The translations under genes were made by a program, and so were the position numbers. From an uncultured Gemmatimonadota bacterium (lineage in GTDB: Bacteria; Blakebacterota; Blakebacteria; Blakebacterales; Blakebacteraceae): 64,000 bases of DNA. The DNA is taken from positions 3,445 through 67,444 of the forward strand of contig CAZWVF010000002.1 in assembly GCA_964637695.1 (NCBI GenBank). Direction: 5' to 3'. A model generated the notes under the pieces. That model had not been told where the DNA came from. It saw nothing but the letters and a program-made list of their open reading frames with translations, and did not search any database. This document shows positions 48,289-59,200 of the stretch, piece by piece. How positions within the stretch are numbered: the stretch's first letter is position 1; each line of letters opens with the position of its first letter.

Positions 48289-49626
48289 TTACTCACCGGT
48301 TATGCCCTGCGATCCTGATTCAACTGCTTCCAGGATTGCTCTGATATTCTCTGCCGGAGTATCAAGGGCGATGTCGGCACCAGATGTAGAGAGTATGAAG
48401 CGAGGATCATCCTGCCTGTCTTCAAGGATCTTCTTGCATTGGCTCTTTATCTCTTCAGGTGTGAATTTCCCAATGTTCGGACCATCAAGACCACCCAGCA
48501 TTGTCAACTCATCCCCTATTATCTCGCGAGCAACGGAGAAACTGTCACGATGGTCAATGACGAATCCCAATACATTCGGCAGGTCAATTAAAAGTTCCAG
48601 AGCAGAGAGGAATTTGGCGCCTGTATGGTGAATAACAACCGGGCCATTGATTTGCGGCAAAACTTCATTAAATACCGGAAGAGAAATTGTCTCTGCAATC
48701 TCAAGGCTGACCACTGATGGATTGAGAAAGACAACGGGCAGAGCTATAAAATCGGCCCCGCGAGCAAACTGGGCATTTGCCCAGTTGATGAAGAAAGTTC
48801 GTGTTATCTCAAGAAGACTTTCAGTTCCTGCGTGATTGAACAGAATTGTCTGCAGCCATCCTTCCAGCCCCATTATCATCATAGGAAGATCAACCGGACT
48901 CATGGCTATTCCTGCAACCATGGTCTCCTTGCCATGTTCCGAAACGAGAAGATCGAGTGCTTCAAGCATATACTGGAGTCCAGGGCAGGAATCGATATCA
49001 GGCACAGTTAGATCTGCAATTTCGTCTGAAGAAGATATTGCGGGTTGCCGGAGATTCGGAGGCTGGGATTCAAAATGTTCACACCGTGAACCAAAAGCCT
49101 CTCCTTCATATGGCAGTACGAAAGGCATGAAGACGATATCCGCCCTGAGTAATTTGATGTTCTCGGCCGAAGTATACATCATGGCCGATGCGCCTATGAT
49201 TTTGGCTCCGACTTCGACCGCTTTATTGACGAACTCTACAGGTGGTACGTCGTTGCCCAGATCGTGAACCTCCCACCTTGTTGCTTTCAGGAACATGACA
49301 ACCATACGGCGGCCGAGAGCGTGGAAGTCAGCCTCGATATTCCCCAGAACGACCGGTCCCAGCAGCAGATCTGGTTTCGAATCAGCAGCTCGATCGCTCG
49401 CTATCTGTTCGAGTATATCCCCGGCGATTTTTGCAGCAATGTAACTTTGAGCAAGTGAAATATCCTCCCTCATCCACCGTTCACCTACTTCTTTGAGCAC
49501 CGGATCGAGGATTTCATCCATAAGCCGGTCATACCCATTGATTCCTGCCCACTCCTTCATCCGTTCGACTGCTGTCGACCTGTCTCCGGCATCTATTTTC
49601 TGGATCAGTTCTTCAATTAGTTCCAT
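48289..49626 (-). CDS. Fusion of a cobalamin-binding corrinoid domain and a URO-D-like (MtaA/CmuA-family) methyltransferase domain.
   Basis: N-terminal B12-binding cap plus Rossmann domain with DxHxxG (EADFHALGRRMVVMFL...GASAMM). C-terminal uroporphyrinogen-decarboxylase-like methyltransferase fold. Confidence 0.6.
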   Translation of the reverse strand: MELIEELIQKIDAGDRSTAVERMKEWAGINGYDRLMDEILDPVLKEVGERWMREDISLAQSYIAAKIAGDILEQIASDRAADSKPDLLLGPVVLGNIEADFHALGRRMVVMFLKATRWEVHDLGNDVPPVEFVNKAVEVGAKIIGASAMMYTSAENIKLLRADIVFMPFVLPYEGEAFGSRCEHFESQPPNLRQPAISSSDEIADLTVPDIDSCPGLQYMLEALDLLVSEHGKETMVAGIAMSPVDLPMMIMGLEGWLQTILFNHAGTESLLEITRTFFINWANAQFARGADFIALPVVFLNPSVVSLEIAETISLPVFNEVLPQINGPVVIHHTGAKFLSALELLIDLPNVLGFVIDHRDSFSVAREIIGDELTMLGGLDGPNIGKFTPEEIKSQCKKILEDRQDDPRFILSTSGADIALDTPAENIRAILEAVESGSQGITGE

Positions 49627-49991
49627 CGTGGAACCTCATGAAAAGGACAGATTTGAGGTGCCTTTTCAACCGCGGGATAATAGAAGATGATAACTTACAT
49701 AACTTCGTTATTCCAAATCCGTTGTCATCAACGGACCGGAAAAAGATGGTACCGGAAAAGAGTCAGGAATTCATCAGTTCCTCTCATATATGCATGATTC
49801 CCTTTTACATGCATAATCCGGCCCGGACATTGAACCTCTCCTGATCGCATATGAGCACTTCTTCACTCTACCGAGAGAAGGGAGTGTCGTGGCCATGGAA
49901 TATTAATAAAAAGACTTTAGAGTCTGATTTGCAGATTGAGCCATCTGCTGTTATGTTCAGAGTAACTTTTACACTGAAAGGCAAACTGGAG

Positions 49992-51365
49992 ATGAGTGAG
50001 GAAAGACAACCTACAGTTGATGAACTGCTGGCCAAAGCATACCAGCCGGCCAAAGACGCCATGCGACTCCACCCCTTTTACCGGGGCAAGATCGAGGTCG
50101 TCCCGAAGTGCCAGATCCGCGACTTCAATGACTTCGCTATCTGGTATACCCCGGGAGTGGCCGAGCCGTGCAAGGACATTGCAGAGAATCCCGACAAGGT
50201 ATTCGAGCACACGAACAAGGCCAACATGATCGCCGTGGTGAGCGATGGCTCGCGGGTACTGGGTCTGGGCAACATCGGGGCCGAGGCCGCCATCCCGGTC
50301 ATGGAGGGCAAGGGGATCCTCTTCAAGTACCTGGGCGGTGTTGACGCTTTCCCCATCTGCTTGAATACGCAGGACAAGGAAGAGATCATCCAGATCGTCA
50401 AGGCCATTCAGCCCTGTTTCGGCGGTATCAACCTCGAAGACATCGAGAAGCCGAAGTGTTTCGAGATCCTGGACACGCTGCGCGAAGAGTGCCACATTCC
50501 GGTCTGGCACGACGACCAGCAGGGCACGGCGACGGTGACCGTGGCCGGTGTCATCAACGCACTCAAGGTTGTGGGCAAGGATAGAGAGAAGGTCAAGACC
50601 GTCCTCTACGGCGCCGGTGCCTCCAACGCACGGATCGCCCGGATGCTTATCACATGGGGCCTCAACGCCGACCAGATGCTCCTCTACGACTCGAAGGGCC
50701 CCCTCCACATGGGTCGGACCGAGTTCCAGGAGACCGAGCCGGAGAAGTGGTATCTCTGTCAGAACACGAACGCCGAGAACATAGATGTCCCCTTCGAGGA
50801 AGGGATCGAAAACGCTGACATGCTGATAGCCCTTTCCCGCTCCGGCCCCGACATCATCGACAAGTCGGCCGTGGCCAAGATGGCCAAGGACTCGATCGTC
50901 TTCGCCTGTGCCAACCCGATACCCGAGATCTGGCCGTGGGACGCGAAGGAAGCCGGTGCCCGCATCATGGCAACCGGTCGTTCCGACTTCGACAACCAGG
51001 TCAACAACTCTCTCGGGTTCCCGGGCATCTTCCGCGGCACCCTCGATGTGGCCGCCTCAACGATCACCGACGAGATGTGCATCGCGGCCGCCGATGAACT
51101 GGCCAGATGCGCCGAGGACAAGGGGATTCACGAGGGTTACATCATTCCGACGATGGATGACTGGGAAGTCTTCCCGCGTGAAGCTGTGGCCGTAGGTCAG
51201 AAGGCCATCGAACAGGGCCTTGCCCGTATAGAACTCACACCCGAGCAGGCCTATGAGACTGCCGAACGGATCATCAAGCGGGCACGTGAGGAGACTATCT
51301 GGCGGATGAAGGAAGGATTCATCCCCACAGCCCCGGAGGATGCGAAGCTGACAACCGGGGGTTGA
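49992..51365 (+). CDS. maeB: NAD(P)-dependent malic enzyme (short type).
   Basis: Malic enzyme motifs WYTPGVAEPC, VSDGSRVLGLGNIGA and FEDI.KP.CFE.LD. The ORF track starts at 49851. An internal start at 49992 (MSEERQ) or 49953 (MFRV) gives the canonical N-terminus. Confidence 0.8.
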   Translation: MSEERQPTVDELLAKAYQPAKDAMRLHPFYRGKIEVVPKCQIRDFNDFAIWYTPGVAEPCKDIAENPDKVFEHTNKANMIAVVSDGSRVLGLGNIGAEAAIPVMEGKGILFKYLGGVDAFPICLNTQDKEEIIQIVKAIQPCFGGINLEDIEKPKCFEILDTLREECHIPVWHDDQQGTATVTVAGVINALKVVGKDREKVKTVLYGAGASNARIARMLITWGLNADQMLLYDSKGPLHMGRTEFQETEPEKWYLCQNTNAENIDVPFEEGIENADMLIALSRSGPDIIDKSAVAKMAKDSIVFACANPIPEIWPWDAKEAGARIMATGRSDFDNQVNNSLGFPGIFRGTLDVAASTITDEMCIAAADELARCAEDKGIHEGYIIPTMDDWEVFPREAVAVGQKAIEQGLARIELTPEQAYETAERIIKRAREETIWRMKEGFIPTAPEDAKLTTGG

Positions 51366-51645
51366 TTACCGTATAACAATTCGGGCTGATTTCCGATTGC
51401 AGTGATCGACATAGGTAGACCCTCACGGGTTTTCCCTGTCACACCACCGTGCGTACGGGTCCGTACACGGCGGTTCGGTTGGTTACTCGAACAGCGTGTC
51501 CTTCAGAGAAGGTAGGCCGAGGGACCGGAAGAAGTCGTTGGGCAGGGCAAAGCTGAGAGCGGGACTCCGGCAGAGGTGCCACATACTGTGGCAGCTGCCG
51601 GCGGTCTGAGCCGCCAGATCACGGCTGACACCGCGTTTGACCAGC

Positions 51646-53931
51646 TCACCGAACCGGGTCCTTCCCCGCTTCCACAGCCTTACGGATAGCCGCGCCCAGC
51701 TCTTTCAGTATAAAGGGCTTCCTTATATAATCCCTGATACCCAGTTCTCCCATTTTCTCGGGTGTAACAACCTCGCTGAAACCGCTTGTGAGAATAACCG
51801 GTATATCATCTCTCAATTTCATGACCTCCTCAATTAATTCCGTGCCTGTCATGTCCGGCATGATCTGGTCGGTTATGATTAAATCAAATCGATCGGGAGA
51901 TTTCTTGAACATTTCCAGAGCTTCTACACTGCTGATCATGACAGTGACGTCATAACCGAAATCCTGGAGCATTTCCCTGCCAAGATCAGCGATCGCCTCT
52001 TCGTCGTCCACAAAGAGAATCCGTTCCTGTCCTTTCAGATCGACTTCTTCTTCGGGGTCTTCGACTTCCGTTTCGATATCAACCCACGGCAAATAGACCT
52101 TGAAAGAGGTACCTTCTCCCGGTTCACTGTTAACAGTGATCTCTCCGCCGTGGCTGGCAACTATACCGTGAACCACGGACAGCCCCAGACCCGTACCTTC
52201 GCCTGTTTCACGTGTAGTGAAAAACGGCTCGAAAATCCTGTCTGCTATCTCCTTTTCCATACCACAACCAGTATCACTGACGGTCAGTCTGACATGCCGG
52301 CCTTCTTTGAGGTTCGGATGTGTCGTTATAAAATCTGCATCCACGTCAAACCGTTCCAGTTTTACTTCCAGCACTCCACTTGTATCGCGCATCGCCTGGT
52401 AAGCATTCGTACAGAGGTTCATCAACACCTGGTGCATCTGTGAAGGATCAGCGAGAATGGCACCTGCATCGGGACTGATATCCTGGCGAATCTCGATTGT
52501 CGACGGCAGAGTTGCATGAAGCAGTTTCAAGACCTCTTTGATGAGGAGCTGGAATTCAACGATAGTCTTCTCCTGTTCAACCTCCCTGCTGAAAACCAGG
52601 ATCTGTTTCACCAGATCCCTTGCGCGGTTGGCAGCTTTGTTCACATTGCTGAGTTTGGCATAGGCATCACTGTCCGGTGCCAGCTGGCTCTGAACCATCC
52701 CGAGGTATCCGAATATGGGTGTGAGGATATTGTTGAAGTCATGTGCGATACCGCCTGCCAGAGTACCTATTGTCTCCAGTCTCTGCGATCTTCTCAATTG
52801 GGTTTCAAGCTGTATTTTCTCCTGCGATGTTTTCTCTCTCTCGGCAACCTCCCTTTCAAGTTTGGCCAATACCTGTTCGAGCTCTTCGGTGCGCTCTCTC
52901 ACCTTCATTTCAAGTTGCTCCCGATGGTACTTCAATTCCTCTTCGGCCTGTTTCCTTTCGGTGATATCACGGATGATACCTACTGAACCGAGAAATTCCC
53001 GTGAATCCGCATCGTCCCCGCTCACATACAGTCCTGAACTGCTTACTTCCATAACTCTGGCACTATCCACCACAGTTGAAAGCTGGCCCTGGATAGTATC
53101 GATATCTCCCTTTATCTTTAACATTACTTCCAGGTTCCTGGTCCTGCGGTCATCGGTTCTTCTTTCATCGAACAGTTTGGGAGCCAGGGTATCACCTGTT
53201 TCACTGCCTCTGAGTGAAGGTAGAAGATCTGAGCGACCGGGAGGTGTTTCTTCCGGGGCTGCTATCAGCTCTCTGAAGTTCTTCCCGATTAATTCCTCAG
53301 GTGTATAACCGAGGTTCTGTATTGCATCATTCAAAAATGTGAAATTCCCATTCTTATCTATCCTGTAAACAATATCCGGGATGGTCTGGACTACAGTTCT
53401 GAACCTTTCTTCGATTGCCTTTAACTCACTCAACTTTGTTTCGAGTGTTGTGTTGGCCTGTGCCAGTTGGTCCTGTATCTCCACCAACTGACGATTATTA
53501 GTTACCGAATTGATGTATGTTGAGAGGAGGATATTGAGAATACGGTCACGATCAGGAAGAGAACCAGGCACAGGTACGGTGCAGTCGAGACAATCGATCA
53601 CGATTTCACTGCTGTACGGTCTGAACAGCAGGCCGTCCGCTCCGCATTCCAGGCTCTTTACAATTTCTGAAGTTTCCAGCAGCGGCATGACAAGTATCAC
53701 ACGCAGATCTTTTAAACAGTTGTTCCCTTTTATTTCGCGGCAGAGTTGAAAACCGTCCATACCGGGCATTTGCAGATCACTGATGACGATATCGGGCTTG
53801 ATCCTGTCCAGACAGGCAAGCGCCTCCATCCCGCTATGGGTGGCATGAACCTTATATCCAATCCCTTCAAGCAGAGATTTGAGCTTCACCGCCTGCGCAG
53901 GGCTGTCCTGGATTATCAGTACATGTTTCAT
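51646..53931 (-). CDS. Hybrid sensor histidine kinase with N- and C-terminal receiver domains and PAS.
   Basis: REC ([12 protein letters not shown]), PAS, HisKA ([14 protein letters not shown]), HATPase_c, and a C-terminal REC ([13 protein letters not shown]). Confidence 0.8.
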   Translation of the reverse strand: MKHVLIIQDSPAQAVKLKSLLEGIGYKVHATHSGMEALACLDRIKPDIVISDLQMPGMDGFQLCREIKGNNCLKDLRVILVMPLLETSEIVKSLECGADGLLFRPYSSEIVIDCLDCTVPVPGSLPDRDRILNILLSTYINSVTNNRQLVEIQDQLAQANTTLETKLSELKAIEERFRTVVQTIPDIVYRIDKNGNFTFLNDAIQNLGYTPEELIGKNFRELIAAPEETPPGRSDLLPSLRGSETGDTLAPKLFDERRTDDRRTRNLEVMLKIKGDIDTIQGQLSTVVDSARVMEVSSSGLYVSGDDADSREFLGSVGIIRDITERKQAEEELKYHREQLEMKVRERTEELEQVLAKLEREVAEREKTSQEKIQLETQLRRSQRLETIGTLAGGIAHDFNNILTPIFGYLGMVQSQLAPDSDAYAKLSNVNKAANRARDLVKQILVFSREVEQEKTIVEFQLLIKEVLKLLHATLPSTIEIRQDISPDAGAILADPSQMHQVLMNLCTNAYQAMRDTSGVLEVKLERFDVDADFITTHPNLKEGRHVRLTVSDTGCGMEKEIADRIFEPFFTTRETGEGTGLGLSVVHGIVASHGGEITVNSEPGEGTSFKVYLPWVDIETEVEDPEEEVDLKGQERILFVDDEEAIADLGREMLQDFGYDVTVMISSVEALEMFKKSPDRFDLIITDQIMPDMTGTELIEEVMKLRDDIPVILTSGFSEVVTPEKMGELGIRDYIRKPFILKELGAAIRKAVEAGKDPVR

Positions 53932-53979
53932 TCACATATCTCCCAGGACTCCTGTATCACCCGATCGAATTTTTAAGTG

Positions 53980-55089
53980 TCAGACCACAACTCTGTCGTT
54001 GTCGCTCATGTCCTGATACCGGTGCTGTATCTCATACACTTTTTCCAGGTTATCCAGAAACAGATCGACTACCTGAGGGTCGAAATGGCTGCCCCTCTTG
54101 TTTTTTACTATCTCACACGCAGCTTCATTTGGCATTGCTTTTTTATAGGGACGTTTCGTCGTGACAGCGTCGAATACGTCGGCAACTGCACAGATGCGTC
54201 CCATAATGGGGATATCCTCACCTTTCAACCCGTTAGGGTACCCATTTCCATTCCACTGCTCATGATGTGAAATGGCGATCACTTCACCCGCTTTCAATAA
54301 CTCCGATCTGGAATCACCGAGTATCCTGGCCCCCATGATTGTGTGCTGCTGCATGATCCCCCACTCTTCGGCATCCAGTTTACCGGGTTTAAACAGGATT
54401 TCTTCGGGGATGCCTATCTTCCCTACATCGTGCATCGGGCTGGCATGCTTCAGAGCCTCTGAATCACCGGGGGAGAGGTTCATGGCATTTCCCAGCATGG
54501 AACAGTAGTAACTGACACGGTTGATATGCGCTGCCGTGTTGGTGTCTTTGTATTCCGCAGCAACCGCCAGACGGTGGATCGTCTCCAGATAGGCTTCGTG
54601 GGTCTGGCGCTGTGCTATCGCCATTTCATCGAGCGTTTTACGAAGGGCTTCGGTCCTCTTGTCTACCAGAGCCTCCAGCTCAGCCTGGTATCGTCTCAGT
54701 TCATCCTGGTGTTCCTTGACTTTGAGAAGAGAGGCAGTCCGCACCTGCAGTTCGGTCAGGTCCACCGGCTTGGCGATAAAATCATTTGCACCGGCTTTGA
54801 CGGCCCTGAGACGGTCTTCTTTCCCGGAGAGCGCCGTTACCATGATAATGGGAAGATCCTGTGTTTCGGGGTGTTCCCTGATCCTGCGGACTACTTCAAA
54901 CCCGTCCATGCCCGGCATGTTCACATCCATAAGGACCAGGTCGATGTCCAGCTTCGACATTGCCAGAGCTCCTACACCATCAGAGGCGACCTCAGCACTG
55001 TGGCCCAGGGACTCAACCATCTCCTTGAAGACCGCCCTGTTCAGCTCTTCATCATCAACGATCAGGATACGATGCCGGTTTTTCTTCAC
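53980..55089 (-). CDS. Response regulator with an HD-GYP output domain (RpfG-like).
   Basis: REC (LVLMDVNMPGMDG) plus HD-GYP (MHDVGKIG...HHEQWNGNGYP). Confidence 0.8.
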   Translation of the reverse strand: MKKNRHRILIVDDEELNRAVFKEMVESLGHSAEVASDGVGALAMSKLDIDLVLMDVNMPGMDGFEVVRRIREHPETQDLPIIMVTALSGKEDRLRAVKAGANDFIAKPVDLTELQVRTASLLKVKEHQDELRRYQAELEALVDKRTEALRKTLDEMAIAQRQTHEAYLETIHRLAVAAEYKDTNTAAHINRVSYYCSMLGNAMNLSPGDSEALKHASPMHDVGKIGIPEEILFKPGKLDAEEWGIMQQHTIMGARILGDSRSELLKAGEVIAISHHEQWNGNGYPNGLKGEDIPIMGRICAVADVFDAVTTKRPYKKAMPNEAACEIVKNKRGSHFDPQVVDLFLDNLEKVYEIQHRYQDMSDNDRVVV

Positions 55090-55502
55090 CCTTGAACCTG
55101 TTTCTCAGCTCCTTCAATTCTCAATTGATCCAGAACACCGGGTATTTTATCGAACTCGGTCGATTTGTCGAAGAAATAACCGGCACCAAGTTCGAAGCAT
55201 TTGGTTCTGTACTGTTCGTACGGATAGTTGGTCAACACTATGACTGTTGTCTTAGGGTTGCTCCTGCTGATGTTCCGCAAAACATCCAGACCACTGCCAA
55301 GGGGCATTTTGATGTCCAGGATGACCACCTCCGGTGCCATTTCCCTGACAACCCTGGTTCCATCCAGTGCGTTCTCCGCTTCACCGACAACGCACACCTC
55401 GTCGAGACTGGATAAGAGCTCTGTTAATCTTGTCCGGATGATTTCAGAATCGTCTATGACAACTACATCCATCACACTCTCTCTGGCTCTGGTCAGTATC
55501 AA
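55086..55502 (-). CDS. Single-domain CheY-like response regulator.
   Basis: 138-aa receiver domain (VVILDIKMPLGSG). Overlaps the upstream gene by 4 nt. Confidence 0.75.
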   Translation of the reverse strand: MILTRARESVMDVVVIDDSEIIRTRLTELLSSLDEVCVVGEAENALDGTRVVREMAPEVVILDIKMPLGSGLDVLRNISRSNPKTTVIVLTNYPYEQYRTKCFELGAGYFFDKSTEFDKIPGVLDQLRIEGAEKQVQG

Positions 55503-55649
55503 GAATCTCTCTTCCGTCGCTGGATTTCATCTTTTCCGTGAACTCCCTCACCGGATCATACCCGGCTCATGCTGTGCGGAGTATCAGACGGATTCTGAAA
55601 TTGATGTAGGATAATCGCCCACGTACTTGTAGGGCTTTGTCCTACAAGT

Positions 55650-56282
55650 TTACTCAATCAGGTCATTCTGAATCGCGTAGTAAGTCAGCTCTGCGTTTGT
55701 CTTCAGGTTTAATTTATCCAGGATCCTCGCTCTGTAAGTACTGATGGTTTTGGCACTCAGGGAGAGCTGTTCAGCGATTTCCTTGTTTCCGACCCCAGAG
55801 GCGATCATACGCAGAACTTCATACTCCCTGTCTGAGAGTTGTTCGTGCAGCGGCTTGTCACTATCGACCTGGATATAGGCCGCCAGCCTCTGAGCAAGAT
55901 TGGCGCTGACATATTTCTGGCCGGCCAACACCTGCTGAATCGCGGATATCAGTTCGTCCGGAGCAGTATCCTTTGTAACGTACCCTGAGGCTCCTGATTT
56001 GAAACAGCGTACGGCATACTGCTCTTCCGGATGCATGCTCAGCATCAGGATATTCTGTTCCGGCTTCATCTCTTTCACCTGCTTGAGTATTTCTATTCCA
56101 CTTCGGCCGGGCAGGGAAATGTCAAGAAGGACCAGATCGTATTCATTCTTGTCTACCAGGCTGATTACCTCTTCACCTGTGGAAGCCTCATCGATGCTGC
56201 TGATATCTTCTATATCACTGAGGATCTGTTTAAGTCCCTCACGTATAAGCGTGTGATCATCTGCCAGAAGAATATTGATCAC
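55650..56282 (-). CDS. NarL/FixJ (LuxR)-family response regulator.
   Basis: REC (LVLLDISLPGRSG) plus a C-terminal LuxR HTH (LSDREYEVLRMIASGVGNKEIAEQLSLSAKTISTYR). Confidence 0.85.
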   Translation of the reverse strand: MINILLADDHTLIREGLKQILSDIEDISSIDEASTGEEVISLVDKNEYDLVLLDISLPGRSGIEILKQVKEMKPEQNILMLSMHPEEQYAVRCFKSGASGYVTKDTAPDELISAIQQVLAGQKYVSANLAQRLAAYIQVDSDKPLHEQLSDREYEVLRMIASGVGNKEIAEQLSLSAKTISTYRARILDKLNLKTNAELTYYAIQNDLIE

Positions 56283-59200
56283 CCGCTGTATCCCTCTTCG
56301 ACCATCGGGATCAGCATCCTGACCGTCGTTCCCCTGCCTCTTTTAGCTTCAAAGGAGACACTCCCACCCAGCAACCGGGCTCTTTCCTTGATGCTGACAA
56401 TGCCGAATGAAGTCTGCTTGCCGATTTCCTCATCTTTGATGCCCCTCCCATTATCGCTGATTTCCAGGACTAGCTGATTATCCACTAGTCGGAAAACAAC
56501 CTTAACCTGAGTAGCTTTTGCGTGACGAGCGACATTGGTCATGATTTCCTGAAATACTCTGAACACGATAACCGATGTGTCTTTATCCAGTTTGGGGATC
56601 TGCTGGTCGACATCCATTTTGCATTTGATACCGGAAGCTTTATGAAATTCATCGGCATGCCATTCTATCGCTGCCACAATTCCCAGATCGTCCAGAAGTC
56701 CCGGTCTGAGCTCGGCGGAAAGTCGCTTCACTCTCTGAAGGGTTTCGTAAATCAGACCTGCTATGCCGTCTGCTTTTTCCTTAACAGCTTCCTGCTCTGG
56801 AAGCAGGTTTTTTTCAATCCACGAAATATCCATGTTCATTGCTGTCAGATTCTGTCCCAGTTCATCATGGATCGTCTGGGCAATCGAGGCACGTTCTCCT
56901 TCTCTGGCTGCCTGGATATGAGCTGACAGCATTCGCAGCTGTTCGTGAGATCGCAGAAGTTCATGTTCAATCATTTTCCTGTTGGTAATGTCCCACATAT
57001 ACAAGCGCTGTCCAACAACCACTCCATCCTTATCCATGTCAGCTAAATCACATTCAATAGTACGTTCTGTACCGTCCTGGCTTATACCTCTAAACTCGAA
57101 TCGCGTTGTCAGTTCTGCACCTTTGATCCGATCAGAAAGAAAAGCACTTAACCCATGCCAGTCATCAGGATGGACCAGCGAGTTCAGTGATTTCGATGTA
57201 ATTCCATCAACAGAATATCCAAACAGATCTGCGAATTTATCATTAAAGAATGTAATCTCGTCCTCAGGCTGGTAGATCATGATGGCAATCCCGGCCTTCT
57301 CGATAAGTTCTCGATACTTCTCTTCAGAAGTGATTAAAGCCTCTTCCATCAACTTCCGTTCAGTTATATCAACAAAAATAACTGCGAAATGGCCTTCTCT
57401 GGGGCAGAAGGCATGTGCGTTGTAATGTTTTTCCAGTTGCGCATTGAATCCTTCGAAGGTGACTGGTTCACCAGTTATCGCCACTTTGCCGTAATTCTGT
57501 ATCCAGTCATCTTCGATTCCCGGGAGAACTTCCTTCACAGTCCGGCCGATAATGTCGCTGGCCTTCAGTCCGGTCAACGATTCAAAGGCAGGATTAACCT
57601 CCAGGAAGCGGTAATCGATTGGATTCCCCTCCTCATCCAGGATTATTTCATGCAATGCAAATCCGTTGAGCATTTCAGTGAAGAGAGTTCTGAATTTCGC
57701 TTCGCTTTCTCTGACAGCATCCTGGGCCTTTTTACTCTCCGATGAATCCCGGGCAAGCACGATTATGCCGTCAACATCTCCTTCAGGAGACCTCAGAGGG
57801 TAATACGATTCTGATGTAAATACTTCACTGCCATCCTGTAGCTGATGACGAGCGTCCTCAATTCCTGTGTACTGACCATCCATCGCTCTCTTCATGAGGA
57901 TATCCATTCCCTGTTCCTCCATATACGGGAATATCTCCCATGGAACCCGCTTCTGATTGACTACCTCCTCCCTGGTAACTCCACGAATGTCCTCCATAGC
58001 TCTATTCCAGTAGGTTATTTCGAAATCTTTATTGAGAACAGCCAGACCATCGGTCATCGATTCAACGATGCTGCTGTAGAGCTTTTCTCTTTCCTTCAGA
58101 GCACTTTCCATCGCCTTGCGCTCGGTTATATCCTGTGCCTGGGCAATAAGACCGATCGGGGATCCATCAATATCCATCAGGACAGTACAGTCGGTTTCAG
58201 CCGGGAAAATTGTTCCATCTTCACGGAGCATCGAATACTCAACCAGTCCAAGGTTTTTCACCGTTTCGATAGTCCGTTTTATCCTAGAAGCAAGATGTTC
58301 ATGTTCTTCCGGCGGAAAAAATTCCGCAACATTGCGTCCTATCTGCTCCTGTATATCACCTTTTGTGGCATGCAGTTCAATAAACCTCTGGTTGCACATA
58401 CGAATGTTGCCTTCCAGATCGGTGTATACCGTTGAGGAAGGAGACAACTCGAACAGCGTTCTGAATTTCTCTTCGCTCTTCTTCAACTCCCCCTCTGCTT
58501 TCAACCGTTCAGTTATATCCCGCCCTGTTGCTGCAATGAAATATTCCCCTTCATTTTCGCCTGGGATCATACTGCCGCTAAACTCGAATGGTATCTTCCT
58601 GCCATCCTTTGTAATGAGCTCCATTGTGAATATATAATCTTCTCCTGCCAGTATTTTTTCTGCAGCGGCTATTGCCTTTTGAAGATCACGTGGAGTGCAA
58701 TATGAATCCGGGACTTTGAGTTCAGCGATTTCTTCATCAGAATAGCCGCTGATGTGATTAAAAGCCTGGTTCCATTTGACAGCTTTTCCAGAAGCTGGAT
58801 TAAAAATAAAAAATGTATCTTTTTGTACATTGAGAACCAGATCAGTGAATCCTACACTGGCTGACAGAGCCCTCCTGGTATTGTGCAATTCTGTTATATC
58901 ATTGAAGGTAGTGAATACCTGGTATGGCTTTTCCTCGCCTTCTCTGAACTGTGGTGTAGCATTTATCAGAATCCACCTGTGTTCTTCTTTGCCGGGATGG
59001 AATACACCCATAACAACATCCCGGACTGGTTTTCCTGAACTCAACGCGATCATCGACGGGTGAGTTTCGCCTGGAAAATCACTGCCATCTTCGTGAATCG
59101 CTTTCCAGCGGGAGTCGACAGAAGTCCTGCCCTGCATCTGGTCGATGGCGAGTCCCAGGATGTCCTCAGCAGCAGGATTTGCAGATATTATCGATCCTTC

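Noticed and set aside
49627-49850. Checked for a cobalamin riboswitch upstream of the B12-binding methyltransferase gene.
   Set aside because: No B12-box (GCCACUG) or conserved cobalamin-aptamer elements on the relevant strand. The region looks like an ordinary divergent promoter.
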